This document shows, piece by piece, positions 15,397-25,449 of a DNA stretch of 61,464 nt (within the stretch, counting starts at the first letter, position 1; every line of letters begins with the position of its first letter). Where the stretch lies: positions 1 through 61,464 of the forward strand of contig JAYEOW010000046.1 in assembly GCA_034723395.1 (NCBI GenBank). Direction: 5' to 3'. The notes beneath the pieces were generated by a model. The model saw nothing but the letters and a program-made list of their open reading frames with translations, did not search any database and was not told where the DNA came from. The position numbers and the translations under genes were made by a program. This DNA is from Candidatus Margulisiibacteriota bacterium (lineage in GTDB: Bacteria; Margulisbacteria; WOR-1; O2-12-FULL-45-9).

Positions 15397-17307
15397 TTAA
15401 TAGCCTTTATTGAAATCCAGCAGGTTGTTAACCAGCACTCCAACAGGCGCGCTGCGATAAAGCATTTCCACAGCTTCAGCCCTGGTCAACTTTCTGCTTG
15501 GCTCAAACGGTTTACCTTTTAGATAGAGGAGCATCCCGGCTTTCTTGGCGCCGGCAATGATCGGGGCTGCCCAGTGTTTGGCTTTTACATCCGCAAATGC
15601 TTCACTGGTATAAGGGATCTCTTTTACTCCGCCAAAACGGGCGATCATGGTCAACCCTTCCGCCCGGGTAACGTTAGCCGAAGGCTTAAATGTGCCGTCC
15701 GGGTAACCTTTTACGATCTTATTCTTGGCCGCCAGGTTGACATACTTAGCGGCCCAGTGTTTAAGCGGCACATCATTGAAAACCTTTTTCTTAGCTGCTG
15801 GAACATTTTTATCTCCGCTAACTTGTGTCCTGACCAGCAGGGTAGAGAGCTCGGCGCGGGTAATGTTCCCTTCGGGCTTAAAGCTCCCGTCAGGATAACC
15901 TTTGATCAATCCTAAGGTGCCGATATAGCCGACTTGTTGTGACGCCCAATACTTCTTGGCTACGTCTGGATAGGTGATCAAGCGGAGGATCCTTGCTTTA
16001 TCGGTATCAATAAGCTTATTGTTCTTATCAAATCCCGCGACACTGATCCCGTTCTTGCCGACTTTAAGCGATACCTTGGTCTGGAATTCGCCGCGCGGTG
16101 AAAGCCTGACCTTGATCCCGTTAACTTTTACGCTTACGATCGAAGGATCGACCGCGATACCGCTAACGGTTTCTACCAACTTGGTCGTTATTAATTTATC
16201 CGGTTTAACGATCAGTTTGTCCCTGTCGGTTACCGGAGCTATACCATAAGATAATGAAAAGAAGTGGTTATCAACCCCGGGGGCCCCGGCAAACTGGTGG
16301 TAAGCGTAATCAAAGCGAAAATCGCCGTAGTACACGCCGACGCCGCCGGTCATGTTATTCTCGGTCTGGCCGACCCCGACCATCTCCTGGTCGATACCGG
16401 CGCGGATGGCGATCAGGTCGAGCGGCTTCCACTCCAGGCCGATGTGGAATAGGGTCGGGATATTACTGGAACGGCTGACCTCATAATCCATATCGGTCAA
16501 TAATTTTATCCGGTGCGGTCCGATCTTTCTCCATGCCTTCCCGGTTTCAGGGCCAACTAAGTCAAAACCAGCACCCAGCTTTAAAACAGCAGGATATGAT
16601 TCTTCCCATCCAGAATCGTAATGTAATTTACCGCCCATCGCAAAGGGGAGGGCGTTTTGTAAATTAGCGCCTAAAGAAATCCAGGGATGCGGTTTGCCCT
16701 GGATACCAAGATCAACTTCGGTGCCGGCCGCATTCCCTCCGGTAATATGGTCCCCGGTCAGGTTTACGGAATAGAGCTTTAAGTTCGCGCCAAAGTTTGC
16801 TTTTTTAAGGTTTGGAAGGCGGTCGTTAACGAAATTAAAGACTGGATAGTCGAGGATCCTCTTTAATTTATCACCGTAGCTGAGAATCATTAAATTGTTG
16901 TAGTAGCTCATCGCGTCGGTAGTGAGATCAACCGTATAGATCGGATCATCAGGATCGGAACCAGCTTCAATTGTAGTAGGGAGCGCGCCGGTGATCGATG
17001 AGCCGACGTAGGCAAGGCCGACATTCCCGTATTGGGTCGGATATAGTCCCGAAAAGGATAGATAATTGAATTCTTCGAGCAATTTACCGGACATTGATGT
17101 AACCTGCCAGCGGGTCGGGTTTGCCAGGCCGGCAGGATTTAAGAATACAGACCCGACGTCATCTGCCAAACCGACGAATGCTTTACCCATTCCTAATGGG
17201 CGGGCGCCTGTGGAGATGCGGATGGGGTCGGGAGCGGCTTGCGCGAACACCGCGCTAGAACAAAAAACAAATAACGTTATTAATACTAAATATTTTTTTA
17301 ATGCCAT
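15397..17307 (-). CDS. PorV/PorQ-like outer-membrane beta-barrel + Ig-like domain + three SLH domains
   Basis: GARPLGMGKAFVGLADD..SVFLNPAGL; barrel end FDYAY...HFFSLSYG; SLH motifs GYPDGSFKPEGNITRAE, GYPDGTFKPSANVTRAE and FEPSRKLTRAE. Confidence 0.88.
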   Translation of the reverse strand: MALKKYLVLITLFVFCSSAVFAQAAPDPIRISTGARPLGMGKAFVGLADDVGSVFLNPAGLANPTRWQVTSMSGKLLEEFNYLSFSGLYPTQYGNVGLAYVGSSITGALPTTIEAGSDPDDPIYTVDLTTDAMSYYNNLMILSYGDKLKRILDYPVFNFVNDRLPNLKKANFGANLKLYSVNLTGDHITGGNAAGTEVDLGIQGKPHPWISLGANLQNALPFAMGGKLHYDSGWEESYPAVLKLGAGFDLVGPETGKAWRKIGPHRIKLLTDMDYEVSRSSNIPTLFHIGLEWKPLDLIAIRAGIDQEMVGVGQTENNMTGGVGVYYGDFRFDYAYHQFAGAPGVDNHFFSLSYGIAPVTDRDKLIVKPDKLITTKLVETVSGIAVDPSIVSVKVNGIKVRLSPRGEFQTKVSLKVGKNGISVAGFDKNNKLIDTDKARILRLITYPDVAKKYWASQQVGYIGTLGLIKGYPDGSFKPEGNITRAELSTLLVRTQVSGDKNVPAAKKKVFNDVPLKHWAAKYVNLAAKNKIVKGYPDGTFKPSANVTRAEGLTMIARFGGVKEIPYTSEAFADVKAKHWAAPIIAGAKKAGMLLYLKGKPFEPSRKLTRAEAVEMLYRSAPVGVLVNNLLDFNKGY

Positions 17308-19769
17308 GGGACAACCATTATTTTTACTATGCCGATCTTCTTTTTCTCGGTGTTGCTTATTATTGTTCCCAATACCATACCCGCCGGCACTTGATGACCG
17401 GTAAAAGTCCGTCCGTTCCAGGTAAGGGTATTATATCCCGCGTGAACATCAACATTATCGAATTTATGGACCATTCTTCCACCCATCGTTACTATCGGCA
17501 GGTCAATATTATCATCCTTATCGATATTAATTTGGATATTAACCGGTCCTTTATTGGGATTCCAGGGAGCAGGGTAAGCCAGGCCTCTTCCTCCAGAGAT
17601 AGCGGATTTACTTCCCTGTGGATCTATTCTATAAGCCCCGCCTTTAACCACGTAACCACCGGTCAGATTTTCAACCCTGACATCTCTGCTGCCTGTTGCC
17701 GCATTGGAATCGATGTCGATATTGGCGCGTAATTGAGTGGAACTTAAAAATGTTACGCTATTTATGGTTATCCCTGTAGGTGGATAAAAGATAATCGTTG
17801 CCCCATCCTCAAAGTTACTCCCATAGACAATTACATTTTTATCTTGATTCCCCTGGAATCCGACAGCATCCCTTAATGCTGTTATGGTCGGTGTTGCCGC
17901 TCCGGCTTCCATAACATTCAGGTAAAGGTTGTTCTCGGCTGATGTCGCCGCTCCGCCATCGGTATTCCTGATGATGATTGCCCGCGGGCCGGTGTGCGCG
18001 TTGGCTCCTACGTCAATATTTATAGTTAGGCTTGTGGAACTATTTAGGGTGACCGAATTAATCGTGATCCCGTCGGTTTCAAAAGTTGCGGTGATCCCGG
18101 TATGAAATTCTGTCCCGGTAACATCCACATCTACGCTCGTGGCGCCGATAGTAACATCGGTAGGGGCGATCAGGGTAATTGTTGGATTGGGTACGGTAAC
18201 AGACAGCACCGTAAAGGTATTTGGGGCGCTGGCTCCGCCATCAGGATTGGTAACGGTTATTTCGTGCTTGCCTGTGGCAGCACTAGTTGCTACAACGATG
18301 TCGCAAGTTATTTCCAAAGCACTGTTCCAGGAGACATTATCAACCGTGATCCCGGAATCAAATGATACCGCGCTATTTGTTATCCCGTTTTGGAAATTTG
18401 TTCCGCCTATTATTAGACCACTGATCGTAGCTCCCTGAACCCCACTGGGAGGAGTCAAGGTATTGATAGTTGGTTTTTCGGTAATTGTGAAACTACTGTA
18501 GTTATAAATTGTTCCATCCGTGTTGGCAACATCTACATCCTCATCCCCAAGCTGGGCGGTATCGGAGACGGTTATATTTACGGTAAGTTGCGTTGAGCTG
18601 TTGCGTGTAACAGAATTTACTGTAACTCCAGTAGCTAAGAAGTCAACATTACTTGGCCCCCAAGAACCGATCTGGAAATTTGTCCCGGTTATAGTCACAT
18701 CCCCGGTAAATCCGCGAGGTGCTTGCGACTGGGTAGGTCGGGCAGTTTGTACTACCGAAGTGACGGTCATCGGAGCGATATTCCCCAAAATAATCCCGGA
18801 GCCGCCTTTACCGACCGCAAAGCGATTGTCTTCATCAAGAAAATAAAGGTCATTTACTTTAGTGGAGGAAGCTTCAATGGTGTATGTATATGTAAAGCTT
18901 GATCCGCCATCACTGGTTCCGATGATCTTTCCCTTGCCGGAAGAATCTTCCTGCCCGCCGATTTCACCTACGCTCGCCGAAGCAAAGTGAACGCCGTAAT
19001 AATCTCCGGTTACTGCTCCGGAGAAGGTTTGTGCTTCCCAGGATGAACCGCTATCAGTAGTTTTGAGACAGGTATAAGCAGCGCCAACTGCGTAACCCGT
19101 GCTTGAAGTAGGGAAATTGACTCCGCGTAAATCATAGGGTGTAACACCAATACCTTGTCGAGTCCAGTTATCGCCGCCGTCCGTTGACTTATAAATCATT
19201 CCGGATGCGCCGACAATGTAGAAAGTGTTGGCGTCTACAGAATCTAAGCCATTTATGCTGGAAGTGCCTGGCTCTTTTGAAGGTGGATTCCATGCCCCTC
19301 CCGCGTTTGAGGTGTAACGAGTCCCGTAAGTGGCGGGGACGGTATTTAATGTTCCTGTAATCACGCCGTTGTTCGCGCTGCCAAATTTAATCGCGTGGAT
19401 ATTACTGAAACCGGCAGGCGTTTTGTCGGTCCACGTACTTCCCCAATCGGCAGAAACGAATATCTCTCCAGCGGAAGTGCCTATCCAGATATTGCTTCCA
19501 AATATGGAAACAGTATCAGCGCCATCCGTGGCCGCCATTCCAGCAGGAGTACTTGTTTGGGTCCAGTTTGCCCCATAATCATTGGAGATCAGTATAGTAC
19601 AGTCGTCTCCAACCGCACAAAGCGTTGTCATGCCGGTTGTAGAAATACCATCAATAGCGTTCAAGTCGTATGTGGTGCTTTCCTGAGAAGTCCACGCCCC
19701 AAAGGCTGAGGCGGTGAGGGTAACTATGAAGATGAGCGTTAATATATATTTCGTCGCTCTCATTATCAT
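17298..19769 (-). CDS. Secreted YCF48/BNR beta-propeller + four IPT/TIG-like repeats + FlgD-Ig/T9SS-like CTD
   Basis: Asp-box repeats (S.DYGANW, STDGGDNW, TTDSGSSW); repeats TGTNFQ...GITVNSVT..SST.L; C-terminal YPAPWNP...GYNTLTWNG...KIMVV. Confidence 0.85.
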   Translation of the reverse strand: MIMRATKYILTLIFIVTLTASAFGAWTSQESTTYDLNAIDGISTTGMTTLCAVGDDCTILISNDYGANWTQTSTPAGMAATDGADTVSIFGSNIWIGTSAGEIFVSADWGSTWTDKTPAGFSNIHAIKFGSANNGVITGTLNTVPATYGTRYTSNAGGAWNPPSKEPGTSSINGLDSVDANTFYIVGASGMIYKSTDGGDNWTRQGIGVTPYDLRGVNFPTSSTGYAVGAAYTCLKTTDSGSSWEAQTFSGAVTGDYYGVHFASASVGEIGGQEDSSGKGKIIGTSDGGSSFTYTYTIEASSTKVNDLYFLDEDNRFAVGKGGSGIILGNIAPMTVTSVVQTARPTQSQAPRGFTGDVTITGTNFQIGSWGPSNVDFLATGVTVNSVTRNSSTQLTVNITVSDTAQLGDEDVDVANTDGTIYNYSSFTITEKPTINTLTPPSGVQGATISGLIIGGTNFQNGITNSAVSFDSGITVDNVSWNSALEITCDIVVATSAATGKHEITVTNPDGGASAPNTFTVLSVTVPNPTITLIAPTDVTIGATSVDVDVTGTEFHTGITATFETDGITINSVTLNSSTSLTINIDVGANAHTGPRAIIIRNTDGGAATSAENNLYLNVMEAGAATPTITALRDAVGFQGNQDKNVIVYGSNFEDGATIIFYPPTGITINSVTFLSSTQLRANIDIDSNAATGSRDVRVENLTGGYVVKGGAYRIDPQGSKSAISGGRGLAYPAPWNPNKGPVNIQINIDKDDNIDLPIVTMGGRMVHKFDNVDVHAGYNTLTWNGRTFTGHQVPAGMVLGTIISNTEKKKIGIVKIMVVPWH

Positions 19770-19826
19770 GTTAATGATACCATACGTGGAAGGAACCTGT
19801 CAATCGGAATTTTTTCATTATTGGCA

Positions 19827-20407
19827 ACCCCTTCTGTCCCTCGACTCTGGTTCGACTCGGGAACTTCGTTCCCTCGCTCACCATTCGCTCGGGACATCCC
19901 TGCCTGCCGGCAGGCAGGTTCCCCTTATTAAGGGGAAGAGAGTGAGGTAATTGATGTTTCTTTGTTAATTTTTTCTACAACTTGGTTAATGTCCGAAAAT
20001 ATTTCATTGTTTGTAAATCTTAAAACCTTGATTCCTATACTTTCAAATATATACTGACGTTCTTTGTCATATATTTTTTGATCTTCTTCTAAGTGATATC
20101 CACCATCAACCTCTATCGCTGTTTTCAAATCAGGAGAATAAAAATCTATTATAAATCCTCCTATGCTGTATTGCCTGCGGAATTTGTATCCGTTGATTTT
20201 ACGTTTTCTAATTCTATCCCAAAGTAATTTTTCTGCTTCAGTCATGCTATGCCGCAAGCGCCTTCTTTTTCCTAAATCACATTTTCGATTATATAACCTT
20301 GTCATATTATTATACTATCTCCCCCTTCATAAGGGGGAGATAAAGAGGGGGTTGTTATACTCAAAACCTTCCTTTCCTTCATAAGGGGGAGATAAAGAGG
20401 GGGTTGT
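19827..20407 (-). mobile_element. Hairpin-bounded DUF559 element
   Basis: A DUF559 gene between GC-rich REP-like hairpins; the right end is duplicated with a 52-bp period (20324, 20376); a homologous empty copy lies at 15179-15393. Mobility is inferred. Confidence 0.6.
19928..20305 (-). CDS. DUF559 endonuclease-domain protein (Vsr-like)
   Basis: RRLRHSMTEAEKLLW...KFRRQYSIGGFIIDFY...IEVDGGYH...YDKER...GIKVLRFTNNE. Confidence 0.93.
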   Translation of the reverse strand: MTRLYNRKCDLGKRRRLRHSMTEAEKLLWDRIRKRKINGYKFRRQYSIGGFIIDFYSPDLKTAIEVDGGYHLEEDQKIYDKERQYIFESIGIKVLRFTNNEIFSDINQVVEKINKETSITSLSSP

Positions 20408-20421
20408 CAGGATTAACCGCA

Positions 20422-22506
20422 TTATTCACTTGAAATCATCCCAATGCTCTGTACCTTAACCTGTGGGACTACTTCGTTGTACGAAAGGACCGCGATGTCG
20501 GGATAGCTTCTTTCAATAAAACGCTTAAAGTGGGGCCGCAGCCTGGGCGAACAGAGGATCACCGGATTAAGTTTCATCTTCTTGAAATTCCGCATATGCC
20601 CAGAAATTTGAACAAGAATTTTTTCTCCAACATTCGGATCGACCGCCAAGAACGATCCGTATTCCGACTGGTGGATCGCCCCGGTTAATGTTTCTTCTAG
20701 CGCCGGATCGATGGTAACGACAGTTATCACGCCCTCTTTGTCGGTATAATTTTCACAGATCTGGCGGGCGAGGGATTGTCTTACATATTCGGCCAGGATA
20801 TTAATATCGCGCGAAAGGTGGGCGTAATCGGCTAACCTTTCCAGGATCGTCGAAAGGTCGCGGATAGAAACCCTTTCCCGCACCATTAATTGAAGGACTT
20901 TATGGACCTGTCCCAAAGATAAGAGGTCGGGGATAAGCTCGCGGACAATCGCGGCGTTTGTGTTTTTTACCAGCTCGATAAGCGACTGCACGTTCTGCCG
21001 GGTCATGATCTCGTCCGCGTACCGTTTGATCACGTCCGAAAAATGCTGCGCGATAACTTCGACCGGAGGTTTGGCGGCGATCCCCAGTTTTTGGAGGGTA
21101 GGGAGCGATTCGTCCGGCACCCAGGTTGCAGGGTCGCCCGACGACGGATCTTTGGATTCGATCCCATTCATCTTTTTGGCTTTTACCTGCGCGAGCGGCA
21201 GATCGACCAGGTGATGTCCCATCCTTATCTCTCCGGCGGCGACCTTGGTCCCCCTTATTTCGATAATGTACTGGTCGGGGAGGAGACTAAGGTCGTCCAT
21301 TACCCTGACCCCGGGGATAACAAAACCGAGCTCCTGCCCAATGTTGTAACGGATAAGCGTTATCCGTTCGAGCAGCGCTCCCTTTTGCGACGGATCGATC
21401 ATCGGGATCAAATTCCTTCCCGCTTTGAGCGATAAAGGGTCAAGCCCCAGGGTCCCGAGAATACTTTCTGGTTTCTTTAAGACATCTTTGGCCGAAACTT
21501 CTTCGGTAACCGCGCCTGCCTCTTCCTTGGCAGTCTGCGCGCGCATTAAGACCAGCGCTAGCACTCCCGACATGGACGCTAGGGATAGAAAAGGGACGGT
21601 TGGGATCCCGGGGATCAGCGCGAAAACGCCGAGAATAAGGCAGACAAATGCGAATGCCCGGGGTTGGGCAAAGACCTGGCTGGCTACGTCAGTGCCTAAG
21701 CTCATCTCTGAAGCGGATTTTGTGATTACCAAACCGGTCCCGATCGAGATCAAAAGGGCGGTTACCTGGGCGATCAAGCCGGCGCCGATCGTTAACAGCG
21801 CGTAAGTTGAAAGGGCTTCCATGATCCCCATTCCACCTTGAAGCCAGCCGACTAAGATTCCGCCAATAATATTTACTAATACGATAATGATACCGGCGAT
21901 CGAATCTCCGCGGACAAACTTATTAGAACCGTCCATCGATCCGAAAAATGTCGCTTCGCGTTCGATCTTCCGGCGCCGGCCGCGCGCTTCGGTGGCGTCA
22001 ATTAATCCGGCATTCAGGTCGGCATCGATCGACATCTGTTTTCCAGGCATGGCGTCTAATGTAAAGCGGGCCGCGACTTCGGCGACCCTTTCCGAACCTT
22101 TGGTGATAACGACAAAGTTGACGATCGTGATGATTATAAAAATAATTGCTCCGACAACATAATTACCGCCAACCACAAAGGTACCGAATGCGTTTACTAC
22201 ATCTCCGGCGTCGGCCTGCGTTAAGATCAACCGGGAGGCGGCGATGTTAATTGATAGCCGGAAGACGGTGATGATCAATAAGACCGACGGGAAAGAGGCA
22301 AACTCAAGCGGTTCCTTTAAATACATCGCGACTAAAAGGATCACTAAAGAAAAAGCGAGGCTTAAAGTGATCAGCATGTCCAGCATGAAGGTGGGGAGGG
22401 GGACGAGCATCAAGGCGATGATTGCAATCAGAAATGTGCCGACTGCGAAGTCGCTCACCGAGAACAGGTTTTTCAGGTTTTTTAGATCAAAAATCGGCGC
22501 CGCCAT
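20422..22506 (-). CDS. flhA: Flagellar/type III export gate protein FlhA
   Basis: FHIPEP signature RVAEVAARFTLDAMPGKQMSIDADL; FFGSMDGSNKFVRGD; 694 aa. Confidence 0.96.
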   Translation of the reverse strand: MAAPIFDLKNLKNLFSVSDFAVGTFLIAIIALMLVPLPTFMLDMLITLSLAFSLVILLVAMYLKEPLEFASFPSVLLIITVFRLSINIAASRLILTQADAGDVVNAFGTFVVGGNYVVGAIIFIIITIVNFVVITKGSERVAEVAARFTLDAMPGKQMSIDADLNAGLIDATEARGRRRKIEREATFFGSMDGSNKFVRGDSIAGIIIVLVNIIGGILVGWLQGGMGIMEALSTYALLTIGAGLIAQVTALLISIGTGLVITKSASEMSLGTDVASQVFAQPRAFAFVCLILGVFALIPGIPTVPFLSLASMSGVLALVLMRAQTAKEEAGAVTEEVSAKDVLKKPESILGTLGLDPLSLKAGRNLIPMIDPSQKGALLERITLIRYNIGQELGFVIPGVRVMDDLSLLPDQYIIEIRGTKVAAGEIRMGHHLVDLPLAQVKAKKMNGIESKDPSSGDPATWVPDESLPTLQKLGIAAKPPVEVIAQHFSDVIKRYADEIMTRQNVQSLIELVKNTNAAIVRELIPDLLSLGQVHKVLQLMVRERVSIRDLSTILERLADYAHLSRDINILAEYVRQSLARQICENYTDKEGVITVVTIDPALEETLTGAIHQSEYGSFLAVDPNVGEKILVQISGHMRNFKKMKLNPVILCSPRLRPHFKRFIERSYPDIAVLSYNEVVPQVKVQSIGMISSE

Positions 22507-22523
22507 TACTTTGGATTATACCT

Positions 22524-23627
22524 CTACCTTGGTTTAAGGGCAATAGAAGCTTTTTTGCGCGCTTCACGATCGCGTTTGATCTTATATATGTAAGCCAAAA
22601 CCTCAGCAACCGCCTGATAAAGATCGCGCGGCACTTCGCGGTTGACCCGGGTGGTCCGATAGATCGAACGGGCGAGCGGTTCGTTTTCGACAATACTAAT
22701 TTCATGCTCTTCGGCGATCCGCCGGATCTGCTCGGCGATCTTCCGTTCGCCTTTGGCGAGCAGGAGCGGAGCTTTCATTGTCTTGGTATTGTATTTTAGT
22801 GCTACCGCGATATGGGTTGGGTTGGTAACGACGACGTCTGCCTGAGGGACCGCCGACATCATCCGCTGCTGGGCGACCTGCCGCTGGAGATCGCGCATCC
22901 TCTGTTTTACCATCGGATCTCCCTCCAGCCGTTTATATTCCTCTTTTACCTCTTGCTTGGTCATTTTTAAATTCTTCATATATTCCCAGCGGCGGTACAT
23001 ATAATCCAGGATCGCTACCGCAATATAAAACATGCCGACCCGGATGGCGATCTTATAGGCTATCGAACCGCCGAGGACGATCGCGTCCCAGGGCTGCGCC
23101 TCGATCAGGACGATGATGAAAGGAAGTTCATCTTTTCCCACTGTCCAGGAGATATAAAAAACTACTCCGATCTTTATCAATGATTTTAACAGTTCGACAA
23201 AGCCTTGAAGCCCGAACATTTTTTTGAATCCCTGCAAAGGATTTAATTTATCGATTTTTGGAGAAAGGGGATCGGCCGAAAAGACAAAACCGGTCTGGAA
23301 CGCCTCGGCGATAAGGGTTGAGATAAAGGCGATCCCAAAGATGGGGAGCACGGTTAAGGCGATTGCCCGCAAAGCGATCAGCAGGATGTAGCCGGCAAAG
23401 GCAACATTAAAGTTCCTTGCTTCAGGAATATAGTTTAATATAACCCGCGCCGCCTCGGTCAGGTTCCCCCACATGAATTCCCCAAGATATTTAAAGAGGA
23501 AATAGGAGAGGAGCAAAACAAAGGCCACCGTGATCTCACGGCTCTTTGCGATCTGCCCTTTTTCGCGCGCCTCTCTTAATCGATGCGGCGTCGGATCTTC
23601 GGTCTTATCTCCACCCTGTTCGCCCAT
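22524..23627 (-). CDS. flhB: Export switch protein FlhB
   Basis: KTEDPTPHRLREAREKGQ; MTKQEVKEEYK..EGDP; NPTH autocleavage motif. Confidence 0.96.
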   Translation of the reverse strand: MGEQGGDKTEDPTPHRLREAREKGQIAKSREITVAFVLLLSYFLFKYLGEFMWGNLTEAARVILNYIPEARNFNVAFAGYILLIALRAIALTVLPIFGIAFISTLIAEAFQTGFVFSADPLSPKIDKLNPLQGFKKMFGLQGFVELLKSLIKIGVVFYISWTVGKDELPFIIVLIEAQPWDAIVLGGSIAYKIAIRVGMFYIAVAILDYMYRRWEYMKNLKMTKQEVKEEYKRLEGDPMVKQRMRDLQRQVAQQRMMSAVPQADVVVTNPTHIAVALKYNTKTMKAPLLLAKGERKIAEQIRRIAEEHEISIVENEPLARSIYRTTRVNREVPRDLYQAVAEVLAYIYKIKRDREARKKASIALKPR

Positions 23628-23661
23628 TTAACGCTCCTTGTCTCGAGCTCTGTCGAGAGAC

Positions 23662-24435
23662 TTACTTTATGGCTGCTGCCATCAGCGCCAGCTGTTCGGT
23701 CATATATTCTAACAGCCTGTTAATGTATTTTATAATAAAAGGGAGACACATCAAAAATCCTACGATACCGAGAGAAGGTTTGACCTGGAAACCGAGCATA
23801 AAGACGTTTACCTGCGGGGCGACCCGGGAGACGATCCCGAAGGTGAAGTCAGAAATAAAGATCAAAAGGACCACCGGGATAGCCAGTTTAATGGCAGTTA
23901 CCCAGAGGGCCGATCCGAGCCCGATCATCTGCATTGCCAGATTAGGAGAGGCAAGGTTGGCAAATTTACCCACGGGCAGGGAGGTAAAGCTCTGGTGCAA
24001 TGCCGAAAGGACCAGGTGGTGGCCGTTGGCGGTAATAAAAACAATGATCGCGGTAAAAAACGCGAGCCTTCCGATTACCGAGATGACCGCCCCGAAAACC
24101 GGGTCGAGCGCGGTCGCGACCGATAGCCCCATCTGCATGTCCATGATCTCTCCAGCCGACTGGACCGCGATAAAAATTACGTTGCAGATAAACCCGATAA
24201 CAAAACCGATTGCCACTTCGAACACCAGCGCGAGGATAAAGAAGGTCATTGTATCCGGCAAGGTTTTATTGATCGGGGTAACAAACCATAGGACGAGCGA
24301 AAACCAGACTGCAAAGGCGGTTTTGGCATAAAAGGGGACACTGCGCGAGTTAAAGATCGGGGCTTGCAAGAAAACTCCCGCGATCCGTCCGATGATCAGA
24401 AGGAAGACAATTAGTTGTTCAAGAGAGATGATCAT
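23662..24435 (-). CDS. fliR: Export apparatus protein FliR
   Basis: AGEIMDMQMGL..A...DP; SRVAPQVNVF; the ATG at 24435 overlaps the fliQ TGA. Confidence 0.94.
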   Translation of the reverse strand: MIISLEQLIVFLLIIGRIAGVFLQAPIFNSRSVPFYAKTAFAVWFSLVLWFVTPINKTLPDTMTFFILALVFEVAIGFVIGFICNVIFIAVQSAGEIMDMQMGLSVATALDPVFGAVISVIGRLAFFTAIIVFITANGHHLVLSALHQSFTSLPVGKFANLASPNLAMQMIGLGSALWVTAIKLAIPVVLLIFISDFTFGIVSRVAPQVNVFMLGFQVKPSLGIVGFLMCLPFIIKYINRLLEYMTEQLALMAAAIK

Positions 24436-24701
24436 CTCGCCATCGTCGGGATGGTGCTCCACAGCGTGGTTGTGAAGTCAACCATCATGGAGATGATCCA
24501 GGGGGAAGTGAAGGCGACCATTAAGAGGACGGCAATAACTTTGGGGACAAAGGTCAAGGTTTGTTCCTGGATTTGCGTGACCGCCTGGAATAAGGAGATC
24601 ATAAAACCGACCAGCAGTCCCACGCCCACGACTGGCAGCGAGACCATTAATAGGGTGGTAATTCCCTGGTACATTACTTGTACGGCAAAATCTTGGCTCA
24701 T
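24432..24701 (-). CDS. fliQ: Export apparatus protein FliQ
   Basis: SLFQAVTQIQEQTLTFVPK. Confidence 0.96.
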   Translation of the reverse strand: MSQDFAVQVMYQGITTLLMVSLPVVGVGLLVGFMISLFQAVTQIQEQTLTFVPKVIAVLLMVAFTSPWIISMMVDFTTTLWSTIPTMAR

Positions 24702-24705
24702 TTCC

Positions 24706-25449
24706 TCACCTAAAGCTCATTAGGAGCCCTCGTGATATAAGGTTCCATCCATCGACCAGGACGAATAATAGTACTTTAAACGGGAGAGAGACCATGACCG
24801 GTGATAACATGAACATGCCGAGCGATAACAGGATATTGGCGACGGTCAGGTCGATCATAATAAACGGGATAAAGAGGAGAAACCCGATCTGGAAAGCGGT
24901 TTTAAGCTCAGAGATCATAAACGACGGGATCAAAACATAGATCGGGATATCTTCTGCTTTCTTGGGCGCTTCGATCCGCGAAAACTGGATAAAAAGGGCG
25001 AGATCTTTTTCGCGGGTCTGCTTGATCATAAATTTAGAGATCGGTTTTAATCCGCGCTCAAAAGCTTTTTCCTGGGAAATTTTCCCCTTGTTATAAGGGA
25101 CCACCGCTTTTTCGTTAACCTCTTTCCAGACCGGGGTCATAATAAAGACGGTCATAAAAAGGGCCAATCCGACCACGACCATATTTGGCGGGACCTGCTG
25201 GGTGCCGATTGCCGTCCGGGCAAGGGCAAACACAATAATGATCCTTAAAAATGAGGTGACCGATATCAGGAAAAATGGGACCAGCGAGATAACCGCCATC
25301 GAAAGCACTAATTGGATACTGTTGCTGAATTGTGGAGAGGCCATTATATCCCGCATATTGATCGTTGCCGTGAGGGGGCGAGCCTGTGCAAAAACGGCGG
25401 ACTGGACCAACAGAAAAGCCATCCAGGAAAAAAGATTTCGCTTATTCAT
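24706..25449 (-). CDS. fliP: Export apparatus protein FliP
   Basis: TSFLRIIIV...QQVPPN; SELKTAFQIGF; SLPFKVLLFVLVDGW. Confidence 0.96.
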   Translation of the reverse strand: MNKRNLFSWMAFLLVQSAVFAQARPLTATINMRDIMASPQFSNSIQLVLSMAVISLVPFFLISVTSFLRIIIVFALARTAIGTQQVPPNMVVVGLALFMTVFIMTPVWKEVNEKAVVPYNKGKISQEKAFERGLKPISKFMIKQTREKDLALFIQFSRIEAPKKAEDIPIYVLIPSFMISELKTAFQIGFLLFIPFIMIDLTVANILLSLGMFMLSPVMVSLPFKVLLFVLVDGWNLISRGLLMSFR

